Below are positions 16,690 to 26,791 of a stretch of 61,291 bases of DNA, piece after piece (position 1 is the stretch's first letter; the number at the start of each line of letters is the position of its first letter). Made by a program: the position numbers and the translations under genes. Source of the stretch: a bacterium (lineage in GTDB: Bacteria > Armatimonadota > Chthonomonadetes > Chthonomonadales > JAMCWF01); NCBI GenBank assembly GCA_021842405.1, contig JAKBZR010000006.1, forward strand, positions 1 to 61,291. The letters are read 5' to 3'. The notes beneath the pieces are model-generated. The model was not told the DNA's origin. It ran no database searches and saw only the letters and a program-made list of their open reading frames with translations.

Positions 16690-19600
16690 TTAAAACATGG
16701 TGCCGAAACTGAGGTTATACTCCAGCACGTTGGGGGTGGGCCCTTTATTAAGGGTGTACTGGCTGCTTAAGCTGAAGTAGTTGTTCGTATTCACTTGCTG
16801 ATTGTATCCGAGGCTGAAGGTGTGCGCGTTTACACCGGCTCCTGCTGTAGTGTCCACATCATAGCCGTATCCGACATTCACCGCTGATAGCTTGTTGACG
16901 TTGCCGGTCAGTATAAACGCAAGCTGTCTCGTAAGGCGATTGATCTGCATATAGTTGGTTGAATTGTAATCCAGAGCCAGATTGAACATCGGGTTGATTT
17001 GCTGGCGGAATGAAAAGATGCTGATCTTAAGCGGCAGTAACGGGCCATTACCCTGTTGAGGCCAGGTTTGCAGCGAGTAGTTCAGCGATGACCCTTTCGA
17101 CAAAGCATAATTCAACTGGTAGTTGCGAACCAAAGCATCGGCGCCGCCCAGCACGTTCATCACCTTATACATTAAATTCAAATGTAGGCGGTTCTTCGGC
17201 GATGGATCGCTATGGAAGGTGTAGCAGTGGAAAACGGTGGTCTGGCCGTTCGGCAGCAGCGCATCGTTGTACTCGATTGAAAAGGCATTCTTTCCAATCA
17301 ATTGCCCGTTTATTTGAGTGGCCAGCGCCTCATTTTGGGTCTTGATTTGATTGGCCAGCGCGGTGTAATGGCTTGAAATGGTTAAGTTTCGAATCAAACC
17401 GAGGTTCAACGGCTTGGAGTTGCTTAAGGCGAAGTCGCTGACTGAATTGATATTTTGTCCATTCAACCGGGTCTGATTGAACTGTCCGGTAAGCTGAATT
17501 CCTTGCGAGATGGTACCGGTTAATGCCACCGACTGAGTGGTCATATTGCTAAAATTATTGTAGGCGGCCATCGCATTGGCCGTCTGCGGGGAAACGGCCG
17601 GCGCATTGAGTGTGCCGGTCAGCGCCTGCCCAATTGGTTGCCCGGTGGTGCCGGTGTAGGTTGCAGCAGCCATCATTGTAGCCGTTTCATTTAAAAGGGT
17701 TGCGCTCTTGTTCACACCATCGAGGGCAGCCGTTTGCGCCGTATTTGTGTTACCGCTCTGACCGGTCTGCATGTTAGAATAGCTGCCGGTCAACGAAAGA
17801 GCCTTGTTAATCTGCCACTGAAGGCCAACCTGCTGCGTTTCAGTGGTTGGTCCCTGACTGCGGTCCATCGTAACGTCACCCAGTGCGATCGTCATCGCTT
17901 TATTGATCTGTTTATGTAGATTGACCTGAGTTAGATTACCGAATTCTCCTGCCCCAAAATTGAGCTGGGTGGCATCCGCCGAGCCGTAAATTGAACCGGT
18001 TTGTGGTGTCTCAAAATGAAGTGTATCGGTTGAAAGATAGAGCGACTGGGTTGGATTGACGGCCTGGCGCATCTGATCGGAGTAGTAGTTCAGTCCGTAA
18101 CCGCGTCCGAAGGTATGGTTGAAAACCAGGTATTGACGGCCGAACGCATTTTGGACACCGGCATTCGATGCATCGGCGTTGCCTTCGCTGAGGTATTCGA
18201 AATGGGTCACTTTATCCGGTGAGTAGAGCAGATGCTGACGATATATCTTTCGATTTACATTGCCGATCGAATTCACCGCATCCGAGTTAAACGCATCGAG
18301 CGTCAAACCTTTTATCGCCGTTATATGAGCAGCCAGATTATTTCCACTAAAACCTTGGTTGGCCGCAATCGCCATTTGCAAGGGAACCGGCACCGCGAGA
18401 TCGGAAGCACGGGTAAAATGGGGCGAGATATTGAAAGAGTTGAGTGCCAGCGCGATACCGGGTGTATCGTAGCCCAATGTTTGTTGGCTGATGCCGCCCG
18501 TTCCGTCATTCACTGAGCTGGAAACCACACCGAAGTGTGATAATTTGTTGAGTTGGGCTCCGAGCGTCCAGTTTGATTGCGACATGCCCACCTCATTGCC
18601 GAACTGTGCGTGCTCAAAAGCGGTCATCGTGGACAATTTGGTAAAATCTTTGCCGATGGATTGCTGATTGTACCCGAACTGGAGTCGGCTAGTATTGAAG
18701 TTTAAGCTTTGATGCTGAATGGATCCTTGTCCGTTCCCGATGCTATAGCTCTGGTATCCCAGCGCGCTCCCTTTACCCAATACGCTGCGAAAACCCATAA
18801 TGCTACGATTTAACCCGGCATCCTGAGCTAACTGGGCTTTATCCACCGGCGTGACATTGGCCAAAGTCGCGTTGGGGTTAAATTGCTGCTGAATCATAAG
18901 GGCGAGTTGCCCCTTTACCGCATCGCTTAAATCGTTAACTCGGCCGAACTGCGCACCCGTATTTTGATTCATCCAGTAAACGTTCAAATTTTTACTGTCG
19001 AAATTCAAGCTATTGGATTGCAATTTTCCGGTTGTGTCGGATATGGTATTGGCCGCGAAGTTCAGCGAGCTGGTTTTACCCAATTTCCAACCGGCGGACA
19101 GGTCGTTTTTCCGCAGCCCTCCCTCGTGTGACCATTGCGCGCGATCAGACGGGGTGATGTCACTCAATCCCTTGAAATTGTGAAAATTCTGGCTGATGCT
19201 TCGCTGGCTCATATTCAGGGTAAGGCCACCGCTTTTCAGCGCATAGTTCTGCATCGAGACATTGCCGGTACCATCTTTATAGTTTTGAAAATCAGTGCTG
19301 AGGTTCGAGTTTTTGGAGAAAGCGATGCCGCCGCCAAACCCAAGTTTCTTGATACCCTTTGACTGCTCCAGCGCGTTGATCTCGCTCATCACCTGAGCGG
19401 ATCCACCGTTTTGCTGCCGTAAAGCCTGAAATCCATTGAAATGCAGTCCCACATCTTGATAGCTGGCATGGAAATTCAGCGAACCCATCGTGCTGGATAG
19501 GTTTTGCACGATCAGATGATCATTGACATTATTGGGCGATGGCGCGGCACGGGTGGGTGTGGCCGGGTTTTGGGGCGTGGCCATCATTAAATTTGAATTG

Positions 19601-20217
19601 GAACTGGCCGGGGATGAAAAATAGTACATCCCGGACATATTGGTGCCCTTCACAAGCTTGCTGGTCAAGCCCATACCGTAGGTATTTGAAACTTGGCCTT
19701 GGGGACTAGACGATAGTCCATACGATAACTGCAAGGCCGATCCGCCGCCAAAATTAAGGGTGAGCGCAGTGGGAGACGAACTATTGAAGCGGGAGGCATC
19801 GGAGCCCGGTACATAACGATAGTAAACCGAAATGCCCTCCGTCGTCGGCACCGGCTTTTTAAATACCAGCACCCCACTAGCCGGATCCAGCGTGTAATCT
19901 ATGTTGGGTTGCAACATTTGCACACCCACACTCACCGACAGCGTGCTCGGGATGACCCCACCATGGCTCAACACATAACCGATGCCGGTTCCGTTTCCAT
20001 GCAAAATTTCAGCGCAGGGAACGGTGTTTTTTGCACCGTTCAAGTTGGCCGGTAATTGAGCTGCTTTGAGACCGCCGTTTCCAACCGAAATCGTGGGGGA
20101 AGTGACGGGAACCAGCGGCACCGTCATTTGTGCCGAAGCGTTAGCGGCCACCCACATCAAAGCCGCAATGGCTAGCACTTTCGTATAAGCTGTATATCCT
20201 CTACTCAATAACCGCAT
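16690..20217 (-). CDS. Giant outer-membrane beta-barrel-like protein (1175 aa), function unknown
   Basis: It has a signal peptide (..AANASAQ), Asn/Gln/Ser/Thr/Gly-rich composition with alternating patterns, and a C-terminal ..LSFGTMF with terminal Phe typical of OMPs. The N-terminal ~110 aa look like a separate beta-sandwich-type domain. Confidence 0.75.
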   Translation of the reverse strand: MRLLSRGYTAYTKVLAIAALMWVAANASAQMTVPLVPVTSPTISVGNGGLKAAQLPANLNGAKNTVPCAEILHGNGTGIGYVLSHGGVIPSTLSVSVGVQMLQPNIDYTLDPASGVLVFKKPVPTTEGISVYYRYVPGSDASRFNSSSPTALTLNFGGGSALQLSYGLSSSPQGQVSNTYGMGLTSKLVKGTNMSGMYYFSSPASSNSNLMMATPQNPATPTRAAPSPNNVNDHLIVQNLSSTMGSLNFHASYQDVGLHFNGFQALRQQNGGSAQVMSEINALEQSKGIKKLGFGGGIAFSKNSNLSTDFQNYKDGTGNVSMQNYALKSGGLTLNMSQRSISQNFHNFKGLSDITPSDRAQWSHEGGLRKNDLSAGWKLGKTSSLNFAANTISDTTGKLQSNSLNFDSKNLNVYWMNQNTGAQFGRVNDLSDAVKGQLALMIQQQFNPNATLANVTPVDKAQLAQDAGLNRSIMGFRSVLGKGSALGYQSYSIGNGQGSIQHQSLNFNTSRLQFGYNQQSIGKDFTKLSTMTAFEHAQFGNEVGMSQSNWTLGAQLNKLSHFGVVSSSVNDGTGGISQQTLGYDTPGIALALNSFNISPHFTRASDLAVPVPLQMAIAANQGFSGNNLAAHITAIKGLTLDAFNSDAVNSIGNVNRKIYRQHLLYSPDKVTHFEYLSEGNADASNAGVQNAFGRQYLVFNHTFGRGYGLNYYSDQMRQAVNPTQSLYLSTDTLHFETPQTGSIYGSADATQLNFGAGEFGNLTQVNLHKQINKAMTIALGDVTMDRSQGPTTETQQVGLQWQINKALSLTGSYSNMQTGQSGNTNTAQTAALDGVNKSATLLNETATMMAAATYTGTTGQPIGQALTGTLNAPAVSPQTANAMAAYNNFSNMTTQSVALTGTISQGIQLTGQFNQTRLNGQNINSVSDFALSNSKPLNLGLIRNLTISSHYTALANQIKTQNEALATQINGQLIGKNAFSIEYNDALLPNGQTTVFHCYTFHSDPSPKNRLHLNLMYKVMNVLGGADALVRNYQLNYALSKGSSLNYSLQTWPQQGNGPLLPLKISIFSFRQQINPMFNLALDYNSTNYMQINRLTRQLAFILTGNVNKLSAVNVGYGYDVDTTAGAGVNAHTFSLGYNQQVNTNNYFSLSSQYTLNKGPTPNVLEYNLSFGTMF

Positions 20218-20345
20218 CTACTCGAGCCTGTCCGTCAATTTATTTGACCGCTAGTAACGATGACTTAGCTGAATACCTGTCCCCTACCGCTCCTTGCCGA
20301 CATACTATAACCTTTTATTCCATCAATTATTGCGTTGAAGCACCC

Positions 20346-21368
20346 CTAAAAATTCGTTTTTATAATATCAATTTTACCCTCATGCCCATTGAAATGAAAT
20401 GCCGATAACTGCCTCATCAACTTATCATTTCGATTTTTGATTGTGCGCTTCAAATCGGCTAACGTTGCCAACGGCGCGCTGTTGGGCGGAAGGTTCGCGT
20501 TGGCGACGATAATTCGGTCGCTCTCCACTTTGGCTGGTATGGTCAATATGGTTCGCTGGTTGGTTGTATCGCTTGGCGTTTGTGCAACCATCACCGGTGC
20601 AGCCGGTTTTTTGCTCGATGCGGCCGGTGCCGGTTCCCCTGGCCCTTCATTATTTATTATCGGCACTGCACTGGCGGATTGTAAACTTTCGTCATTGCCA
20701 CCGGGCGCCAGCTCCCAATTAGACGATTTTGATTGATTGGCTGCGATTAAGGCCGGCGCCTTCACCGAATGGCTGGCCATTACCGAATATACCGGCTTAG
20801 GGATGATCCCGCTATTGATGAGTTTAGTCCGAAGGGACGGTCTTGCCGCAATCACTTTTGGAGCGATCGTCGGCATCGAAAGGACCGGAGCTGGCCGATG
20901 CAGTTGCAACGAAGAAGCCGGCCGCCCTGTTTTTACGGAGGCAATGTGATTGGTAGCCGCTGGGTGTTGAAGCGCTTTTTGGGGTCGCTGAATGAATTGG
21001 ATCAAAAGCAACGATGCCACAATTGCGGAACCGGCGAATGCAAGTGGGGCTAATTTTCTCCAGCCCCACTGCAGCCCGGATGCTGCCGACCGCTCGCTAA
21101 AAACAGTTCGATTGAGAATTGATAAGCGCAAGTTGGCCGGCGGCTCCACCTCTTCAAGCTCACCGAGAACGCGGGATGTAAGGTGAACAAACTCCGCCTC
21201 AGAGGCGCAGCGTTTGCAGGTCGTCAAATGCGTTTCAATGCGTTCCACTTCCGGTGGCGAAAGACATTCATCACAGTAACCAGTCAGAAGTACCTGGAAT
21301 TGCCGGCACGCGCTATCGCTTCTCTGATCCTTCATGGTTACCTCATTGTTCTTGCGATCATAAGGCAT
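20346..21368 (-). CDS. Anti-sigma factor, zf-HC2 type, single-pass membrane protein
   Basis: It has an H-x3-C-x2-C motif (THLTTCKRC) after CRQFQVLLTGYCDECL, one TM helix (LAPLAFAGSAIVASLLLI), and a Pro/Ala/Ser-rich extracytoplasmic part. Confidence 0.75.
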   Translation of the reverse strand: MPYDRKNNEVTMKDQRSDSACRQFQVLLTGYCDECLSPPEVERIETHLTTCKRCASEAEFVHLTSRVLGELEEVEPPANLRLSILNRTVFSERSAASGLQWGWRKLAPLAFAGSAIVASLLLIQFIQRPQKALQHPAATNHIASVKTGRPASSLQLHRPAPVLSMPTIAPKVIAARPSLRTKLINSGIIPKPVYSVMASHSVKAPALIAANQSKSSNWELAPGGNDESLQSASAVPIINNEGPGEPAPAASSKKPAAPVMVAQTPSDTTNQRTILTIPAKVESDRIIVANANLPPNSAPLATLADLKRTIKNRNDKLMRQLSAFHFNGHEGKIDIIKTNF

Positions 21369-21465
21369 TGCTCAATTATATCCTGACTATTTGGTTATGA
21401 CAATCGCATAGAACCAATGTTACAGGTTTTTGAGATAAATTTTTAGATTTTCGTCAAAAATCAAG

Positions 21466-22689
21466 TTAAATTACCGGCCGTTGCTCGTTTTGAATTTGGC
21501 AGCCATCCACCCATACCGATTCCACCTGGCCATTCTCATTCAATTGCACCAGATCGGCATCGTAGCCCACCTCAATCAAGCCCTTCGATCCCTCTAAGCC
21601 GAGTGCGCAGGCGGCATTATAGGATGATGCGGCCGTGGCATCTTGCCAGCTTGCGCCGCATTCGATCGCATTGACGAAAGCGTCGGCCACCGTGATCGCG
21701 CTCCCGGCCAGCGTCCCATCCGGTAAAAAGCAACCGATACGGGTGGACTTGGCCATACTTCCGTTCGGCAATTTTCCGCCTTGCTGCTGAACGCGGATCG
21801 GCAAATCACCGAAATTGAACTCATAGCCGACCGGCATTCCGCTGCCCGGTGTGCCATCGGAAATCAGTATCACTCCATGCCTGCCCTTTGCGCGCATTAA
21901 GATTTGAGCCGCCGCCGGGTGGACGTGGATGTTGTCCCATATCACCTCCGCTCTCAGCTCGGACCGGTTTAAGGCCGCTCCCACCGTGCCGGGCTCTCGA
22001 TGATGGAGGGGCCGCATCTGGTTGTAACAATGGGTACAGTGCCGGGCGCCATGATCAATGGCGGCGCTGACCTGATCGTAGGTCGCATCGGTATGGCCCA
22101 ACGATACGATGACGTTCTTCGAATTCAGGTAACGGATGAGCGACATCGCGCCATCTACCTCAGGTGCCAAAGTCACGACTCGAACGGTATCTCCATAAGG
22201 CTCGATGCGGCGTTTCATCTCATCGGTATCGGGCGGTGCGACGAATTGAGGAGGCTGTGCTCCCTTCATCATTACATTAATGCATGGCCCTTCGAGGTGA
22301 ACTCCTAAAATGTGAGCGCCCAATGGGGGCGAAGATCGCAGGCTGAATACCCGGCCGATCGTGCTCTCAATATTGTCCCAGGGCGCCGTAATTGTTGTCG
22401 GGAGGAAGGAGGTAACCCCTCGCTGTGCCAGATGGTGCGCAATCACCGATAATACATCCGGCTCATCCTCCATTACATATCGGCCGCTCCCACCGTGCAC
22501 ATGAATGTCAATGAATCCGGGTACTAGCGTTCGCCTCTCGTTTGGATCGGCCCGAACGGTCGTGGTGAGCGGCTCCAATTCCAAAATTTTTCCCTTGTTT
22601 AAGGTAATTCGGTGCGGGCCGCGCTCACCTCGCGCATCCACAATTCGATCCGCTTCGATGACGGTATAGTCGCTATTTTTCTCTCCCAA
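21466..22689 (-). CDS. nagA: N-acetylglucosamine-6-phosphate deacetylase
   Basis: It has a TTG start, PGFIDIHVHGG, an amidohydrolase fold pattern, HLEGP, and HCTHCYNQM. Confidence 0.9.
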   Translation of the reverse strand: MGEKNSDYTVIEADRIVDARGERGPHRITLNKGKILELEPLTTTVRADPNERRTLVPGFIDIHVHGGSGRYVMEDEPDVLSVIAHHLAQRGVTSFLPTTITAPWDNIESTIGRVFSLRSSPPLGAHILGVHLEGPCINVMMKGAQPPQFVAPPDTDEMKRRIEPYGDTVRVVTLAPEVDGAMSLIRYLNSKNVIVSLGHTDATYDQVSAAIDHGARHCTHCYNQMRPLHHREPGTVGAALNRSELRAEVIWDNIHVHPAAAQILMRAKGRHGVILISDGTPGSGMPVGYEFNFGDLPIRVQQQGGKLPNGSMAKSTRIGCFLPDGTLAGSAITVADAFVNAIECGASWQDATAASSYNAACALGLEGSKGLIEVGYDADLVQLNENGQVESVWVDGCQIQNEQRPVI

Positions 22690-22820
22690 CGATTCTCCCC
22701 TACCTAATTTACGAATAAATTCGCATTCTGAATGATGGTATTAGCTAAATGAACATAAAATCCACCACGCTTATGCCGCATCACACCGACGTCGCCATCA
22801 ATCCAACCAGCTCATCTTCC

Positions 22821-23369
22821 TCACAATCCCAAAACATTCAACGCCATGAGAAGCCCGGCGATTGATTTCGCGTCTTTAATCTCTCCCCGCATGATCATCT
22901 CCTTGATTTCAGAAACCGGGGTGAACACCACCTCAATGCTCTCATCCGGATCGGTGGCCTGTTGGGTTTTGGTCAGATCCCTGGCCAAAAATACGTGTAG
23001 GACCTCGGAGGAGTAGCCCGGCGCCAAGTACTGCTGAAACAGCGGCACCATCTCGCCCGCGCGATATCCGATCTCTTCATTCAGCTCCCTGTGGGCACAA
23101 ACGACCGGCTCCTCACCGCGCTCCAAAGTACCGGCCGGCACCTCCAGCAGATATTCATTGGCAGCCAATCGAAACTGCCGTACCATCACTACCGTCGCTT
23201 CATCCAATAGCGGCACGATTGCCACTGCGCCCCGATGCTCGATTATTTCACGGGTAACCACTTCACCATGGGGAAGCTCCACCTCGTCCAGGCGCAAGGT
23301 AACCACCCGCCCCCGATAGATGATCTTAGAACTCTTAGGCTGTTCCAATTGAATCTTCCCTTGGTCCAT
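22821..23369 (-). CDS. NUDIX hydrolase, ADP-ribose pyrophosphatase-like
   Basis: It has a Nudix box (GTLERGEEPVVCAHRELNEEIGY) and NudF-like length and layout. The start ATG overlaps the upstream stop (TAATG). Confidence 0.88.
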   Translation of the reverse strand: MDQGKIQLEQPKSSKIIYRGRVVTLRLDEVELPHGEVVTREIIEHRGAVAIVPLLDEATVVMVRQFRLAANEYLLEVPAGTLERGEEPVVCAHRELNEEIGYRAGEMVPLFQQYLAPGYSSEVLHVFLARDLTKTQQATDPDESIEVVFTPVSEIKEMIMRGEIKDAKSIAGLLMALNVLGL

Positions 23370-24523
23370 TATTCTCGATGGCTGGGATCGAAGCTCAGGT
23401 CCACCCGATGGTCGGTTGCAATTTGGCCGGCAAGGAGGCCGGCCGCTGCAGCGGACAAGAAGAATAGGCGATCTTCTTGGATGGAACGCCCCATCGTGGT
23501 GACTGAAATACCGGATCGGATGAGGGCCTCGAGGCCGACTTCAGCGTCAATCCAGATCAAGCCATGGCGCTCCAATTCAGGATGAGTTTCCACCATTGCC
23601 CGAAACATCTCGCTTGTCTCATCCGTCAGCTTGGGAAACGCAACGAAACATGAGCCCAGTGTCAGCCGGCCAAGAACAGTGAGGGTATGATGACTGAGAA
23701 AATGATGCCGCGCCCTCGGATCGGAGCCGCTCGCACGGACAACCGCAATGGGGCAACCGGCCAGGCTGATGGTGGCATTTAACGCGATCGCCTGTTCGGC
23801 GCCGGAAAAATCGAGATCGGTGGCCGTTCCCACACTCCCCGGTCCCTGTGCCACAATAACGATATCCGCTTTACCCACCACCTTACTGATCGCAAGCGCG
23901 CTGTATAGATTGACCGCCTCATAATCCCCGCCGAACGCCTGCCCGGCCGTTACCACGAAATCAATAAGGCCAGAGCTCCGCAAGTCTGGAATGAGACGGC
24001 TTACCGCCAACGGCAGAGCGGAGCTGTCCGTCATTACATAACCTATCCGAGCGGAACCCCCGGTTTCCCACTTCGCGGCTGCTGCGACGGCGGCAACCTG
24101 GCTATGAAGCTCAGCGCAGACAACCGGTAAATCCTCCAGCGATTCGAACTTAAGTAGCGCCTCGTGGTATGGGCTTTCGGGAGCGGCGGTGGCCAAGACC
24201 GGCATTTGTAAAGGGGTGTAGCGCAGCTTCATAATGTGACCCGGCGGAGTTTGTGGGAGAAGTTGTTTACCGATTACCTCAATCACGAAATCGTCCCCGC
24301 CGGAGCCAAGACCTAACTCCACTGCCGTCGTATTCAATATAACCCAATTGTGCACCGCGACCGGCGGACACAACTCCAAAAAGTTCACCGCATGCCGCCG
24401 CTCTCGATTAACCTGTACCCACAGCTCCTGCCGCTGCCCGCACTCCGATATCACCTCCTCAACGTATCCGATTGCTCGATAGCGGATCGGGGCCTGAAAT
24501 GCCGGTGTCTCTTCTTCATTCAT
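23369..24523 (-). CDS. DUF3866-like protein (family assignment from memory, unverified)
   Basis: It has LGLGSGGDDFV and VVTAGQAFGGDYEAVNLYSALA..IVIVAQGPGSVGT, the pattern I associate with DUF3866. The likely start is the ATG at 24523, which overlaps the M20 stop as ATGA. Confidence 0.65.
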   Translation of the reverse strand: MNEEETPAFQAPIRYRAIGYVEEVISECGQRQELWVQVNRERRHAVNFLELCPPVAVHNWVILNTTAVELGLGSGGDDFVIEVIGKQLLPQTPPGHIMKLRYTPLQMPVLATAAPESPYHEALLKFESLEDLPVVCAELHSQVAAVAAAAKWETGGSARIGYVMTDSSALPLAVSRLIPDLRSSGLIDFVVTAGQAFGGDYEAVNLYSALAISKVVGKADIVIVAQGPGSVGTATDLDFSGAEQAIALNATISLAGCPIAVVRASGSDPRARHHFLSHHTLTVLGRLTLGSCFVAFPKLTDETSEMFRAMVETHPELERHGLIWIDAEVGLEALIRSGISVTTMGRSIQEDRLFFLSAAAAGLLAGQIATDHRVDLSFDPSHRE

Positions 24524-25650
24524 TGTCGCGCAACGAATCGGATGATTTGACGGATCATTTGGGCGGAAGTGACAAGGTCGGAAATAGCAATATTCTCCTC
24601 GTGAGTGTGAATGTCCCGCATACCGGTAGCCAATACGCAGCACTTCAGACCTCGGGCATTGTACGCATTCGCATCGCTGCCCCCTCCAGCGGCGCGGGTA
24701 ATTGCCGGCAGCCCCAACTGCCCTGCCACATCGAGGGCGACTGAAACGGGAGGCTCCTCTTCATTGAGCATATAGGTCACATACATTGGCACGATCTCAA
24801 TTTCAACCAAGCCGCCCCTCGCACTCGCTGCAACCTCAAAGCAGCTCTTCATATGCTCAACCTGATTCGTGAGCTTCTGCCGGTCACGACTTCTTGCTTC
24901 CGCTCGAATATCCACTCTCGGACACACGATATTGGTGGCCGAGCCTCCGGCAATAACGCCGACGTTGGCCGTCGTCTCATCATCGATTCGTCCCAGCCGC
25001 ATCCGCTCAATGGCGCTGGCCGCAATGCCGATAGCCGATACGCCCTTTTCCGGCTCCGCGCCGGCATGGGCGGGACGGCCATACACAGTGATGTAAAGAT
25101 TGGTTTGGCTTGGCGCTGACGTAACCACGCTGCCCATTGGTGGCCCGGAATCCAACACGAAACCGAATTCCGCATGAACCTTTCCCAGATCGAGATGAGT
25201 TGCCCCCAGCAGCCCAATCTCTTCCGAGACCGAAAAAAGCAGTTGAATGTCCCCATGCGGTTCCCCCTCCTCAATCAACGAGTGGATCGCTTCTACAATG
25301 GACGCCATCGGCCCCTTGTCATCGGCACCCAAGATGCTGTTCCCGTCGCTTCGGACAATGTCACCATCAACCAGTACATGGACGCCCGGGTTCGGGGCTA
25401 CCGTATCGAAATGGGCGCTGAAAAAGATGGGGATTCCGGGCGCATTGCCCTTTAGAGTAGCAATGAGATTGCCGCTGTCGCCGCCGGTTATTTCATGAAC
25501 CCGATCCCGCGTGCAGTCAAGGCCAAGCTCGACCAGCTCCTTCTCCACCAGATCAGCCAGCGGCCGCTCCGATTTGGGAGGAGTATTCACTTTACAATAT
25601 CGAATAAACCGATCAACCAGCCTCTCAATCTGGATTGTCATCCATTGCAC
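24520..25650 (-). CDS. M20 family metallopeptidase (PepT/YqjE-like tripeptidase or deacylase)
   Basis: It has FSAHFDTV, ILGADDKGPMA and SVSEEIGLLGA metal-ligand motifs. Confidence 0.88.
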   Translation of the reverse strand: MQWMTIQIERLVDRFIRYCKVNTPPKSERPLADLVEKELVELGLDCTRDRVHEITGGDSGNLIATLKGNAPGIPIFFSAHFDTVAPNPGVHVLVDGDIVRSDGNSILGADDKGPMASIVEAIHSLIEEGEPHGDIQLLFSVSEEIGLLGATHLDLGKVHAEFGFVLDSGPPMGSVVTSAPSQTNLYITVYGRPAHAGAEPEKGVSAIGIAASAIERMRLGRIDDETTANVGVIAGGSATNIVCPRVDIRAEARSRDRQKLTNQVEHMKSCFEVAASARGGLVEIEIVPMYVTYMLNEEEPPVSVALDVAGQLGLPAITRAAGGGSDANAYNARGLKCCVLATGMRDIHTHEENIAISDLVTSAQMIRQIIRFVARQ

Positions 25651-25692
25651 CTCTATACCGCGATCCTAGTTTACATTATTGAAGCGGAGCGA

Positions 25693-26730
25693 CTACTTCG
25701 TTATGGTTACTTTTGACAAGCCTCGCGGATGATCCGGATTTAACCCTCGTGTCTGCGATAATCCATGGGCAAAAAGTTGTGCCGGTAAAACGTAGACGAG
25801 AGGGCTGAGCAGCTCCGGCAAGGTCGTTGGAATTTGAACCCTTTTTTGTGCCAATCCCAAAATCGCTTCTTCGGAAGACAGAATCACCATTTCGGCGTTG
25901 CGCTCCTTCAAACGCCGTGCCAGATCCAACATAAATGCAAAGGCAGCGCCCGGCGGTGCAAAAAGAAAGCAAGGAAACCCATCCTTTATCACCGCAATGG
26001 GACCGTGCAGAAAATCGGCGCCGGAGTACGGCTTGGCCACCATATAGCAGGTTTCGGTGAGCTTTAAGGCCGCTTCAAACGCGGTGCACTGATTGACTCC
26101 CCGCGCCAGCACCACGCACTCTTCCATATACCGAAACCGCTCCACCATCGCTAGAATGCGGGGTTCCATCTCCAGCACCTTCACCATCTCATCCGGCACT
26201 AAGTGGAGCGATTCCAGCATTTCGGATTCGCCGGCATAGTATCCGATCAACATCGCAATCACCGCCAGCGCGGTGGTATAGGTTTTTGTCGCCGCCACCG
26301 ATCTTTCAGAACCGGCATCGCAAAGCAGCACCGTATCGCTGACAGCAGTTATCGGCGAATCGCTCTGATTGGTAATGCAGGCGGTGATAGCACCCGCCTC
26401 TTTCGAAACGGCCAGCACCTCTACCACATCGGTACCCTGCCCCGATTGCGAGATGCCCAGCACCAGCGTGTGGTCGAGACGCATCTTAGACCCATACAAC
26501 GTGTAAACCGAAGGCGCCGCCAGCGACACCGGTATCCCTGCCACTATTTCAAAAAGATACTTGGCGTAAATAGCGGCGTTGTCGGAGGTGCCCCGCGCCG
26601 CAATGATGACGGAGTGAATGTCCTTTTCCCTAACCTGCTCCGCCAACGCCAGCGCAGAGGCGCGTTGACTGGCCAGGGCGCGATGCACTCCTTCCGGCTG
26701 CTGGCGAATCTCATCCAACATCAAGCTCAT
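25693..26730 (-). CDS. Two-SIS-domain sugar-phosphate isomerase/deaminase (GlmS isomerase-domain-like; NagB-II/AgaS/FrlB family)
   Basis: It has MLDEIRQQPE at the N-terminus, ARGTSDNAAIYAKY, GISQSGQGTDV and a second SIS repeat. It lacks a glutaminase domain. Confidence 0.88.
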   Translation of the reverse strand: MSLMLDEIRQQPEGVHRALASQRASALALAEQVREKDIHSVIIAARGTSDNAAIYAKYLFEIVAGIPVSLAAPSVYTLYGSKMRLDHTLVLGISQSGQGTDVVEVLAVSKEAGAITACITNQSDSPITAVSDTVLLCDAGSERSVAATKTYTTALAVIAMLIGYYAGESEMLESLHLVPDEMVKVLEMEPRILAMVERFRYMEECVVLARGVNQCTAFEAALKLTETCYMVAKPYSGADFLHGPIAVIKDGFPCFLFAPPGAAFAFMLDLARRLKERNAEMVILSSEEAILGLAQKRVQIPTTLPELLSPLVYVLPAQLFAHGLSQTRGLNPDHPRGLSKVTITK

Positions 26731-26791
26731 AAATGACCTGCTCCAATATAAGATCTATTGAGGTCTCCAATAAAATTAACCGGTCTGCACC

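Noticed and set aside
22707-22718. The short palindrome CGAATAAATTCG upstream of nagA as a NagC/NagR-type operator.
   Set aside because: It has only 5-bp arms and no second copy, and it matches no operator consensus I can recall. It is too weak to report.
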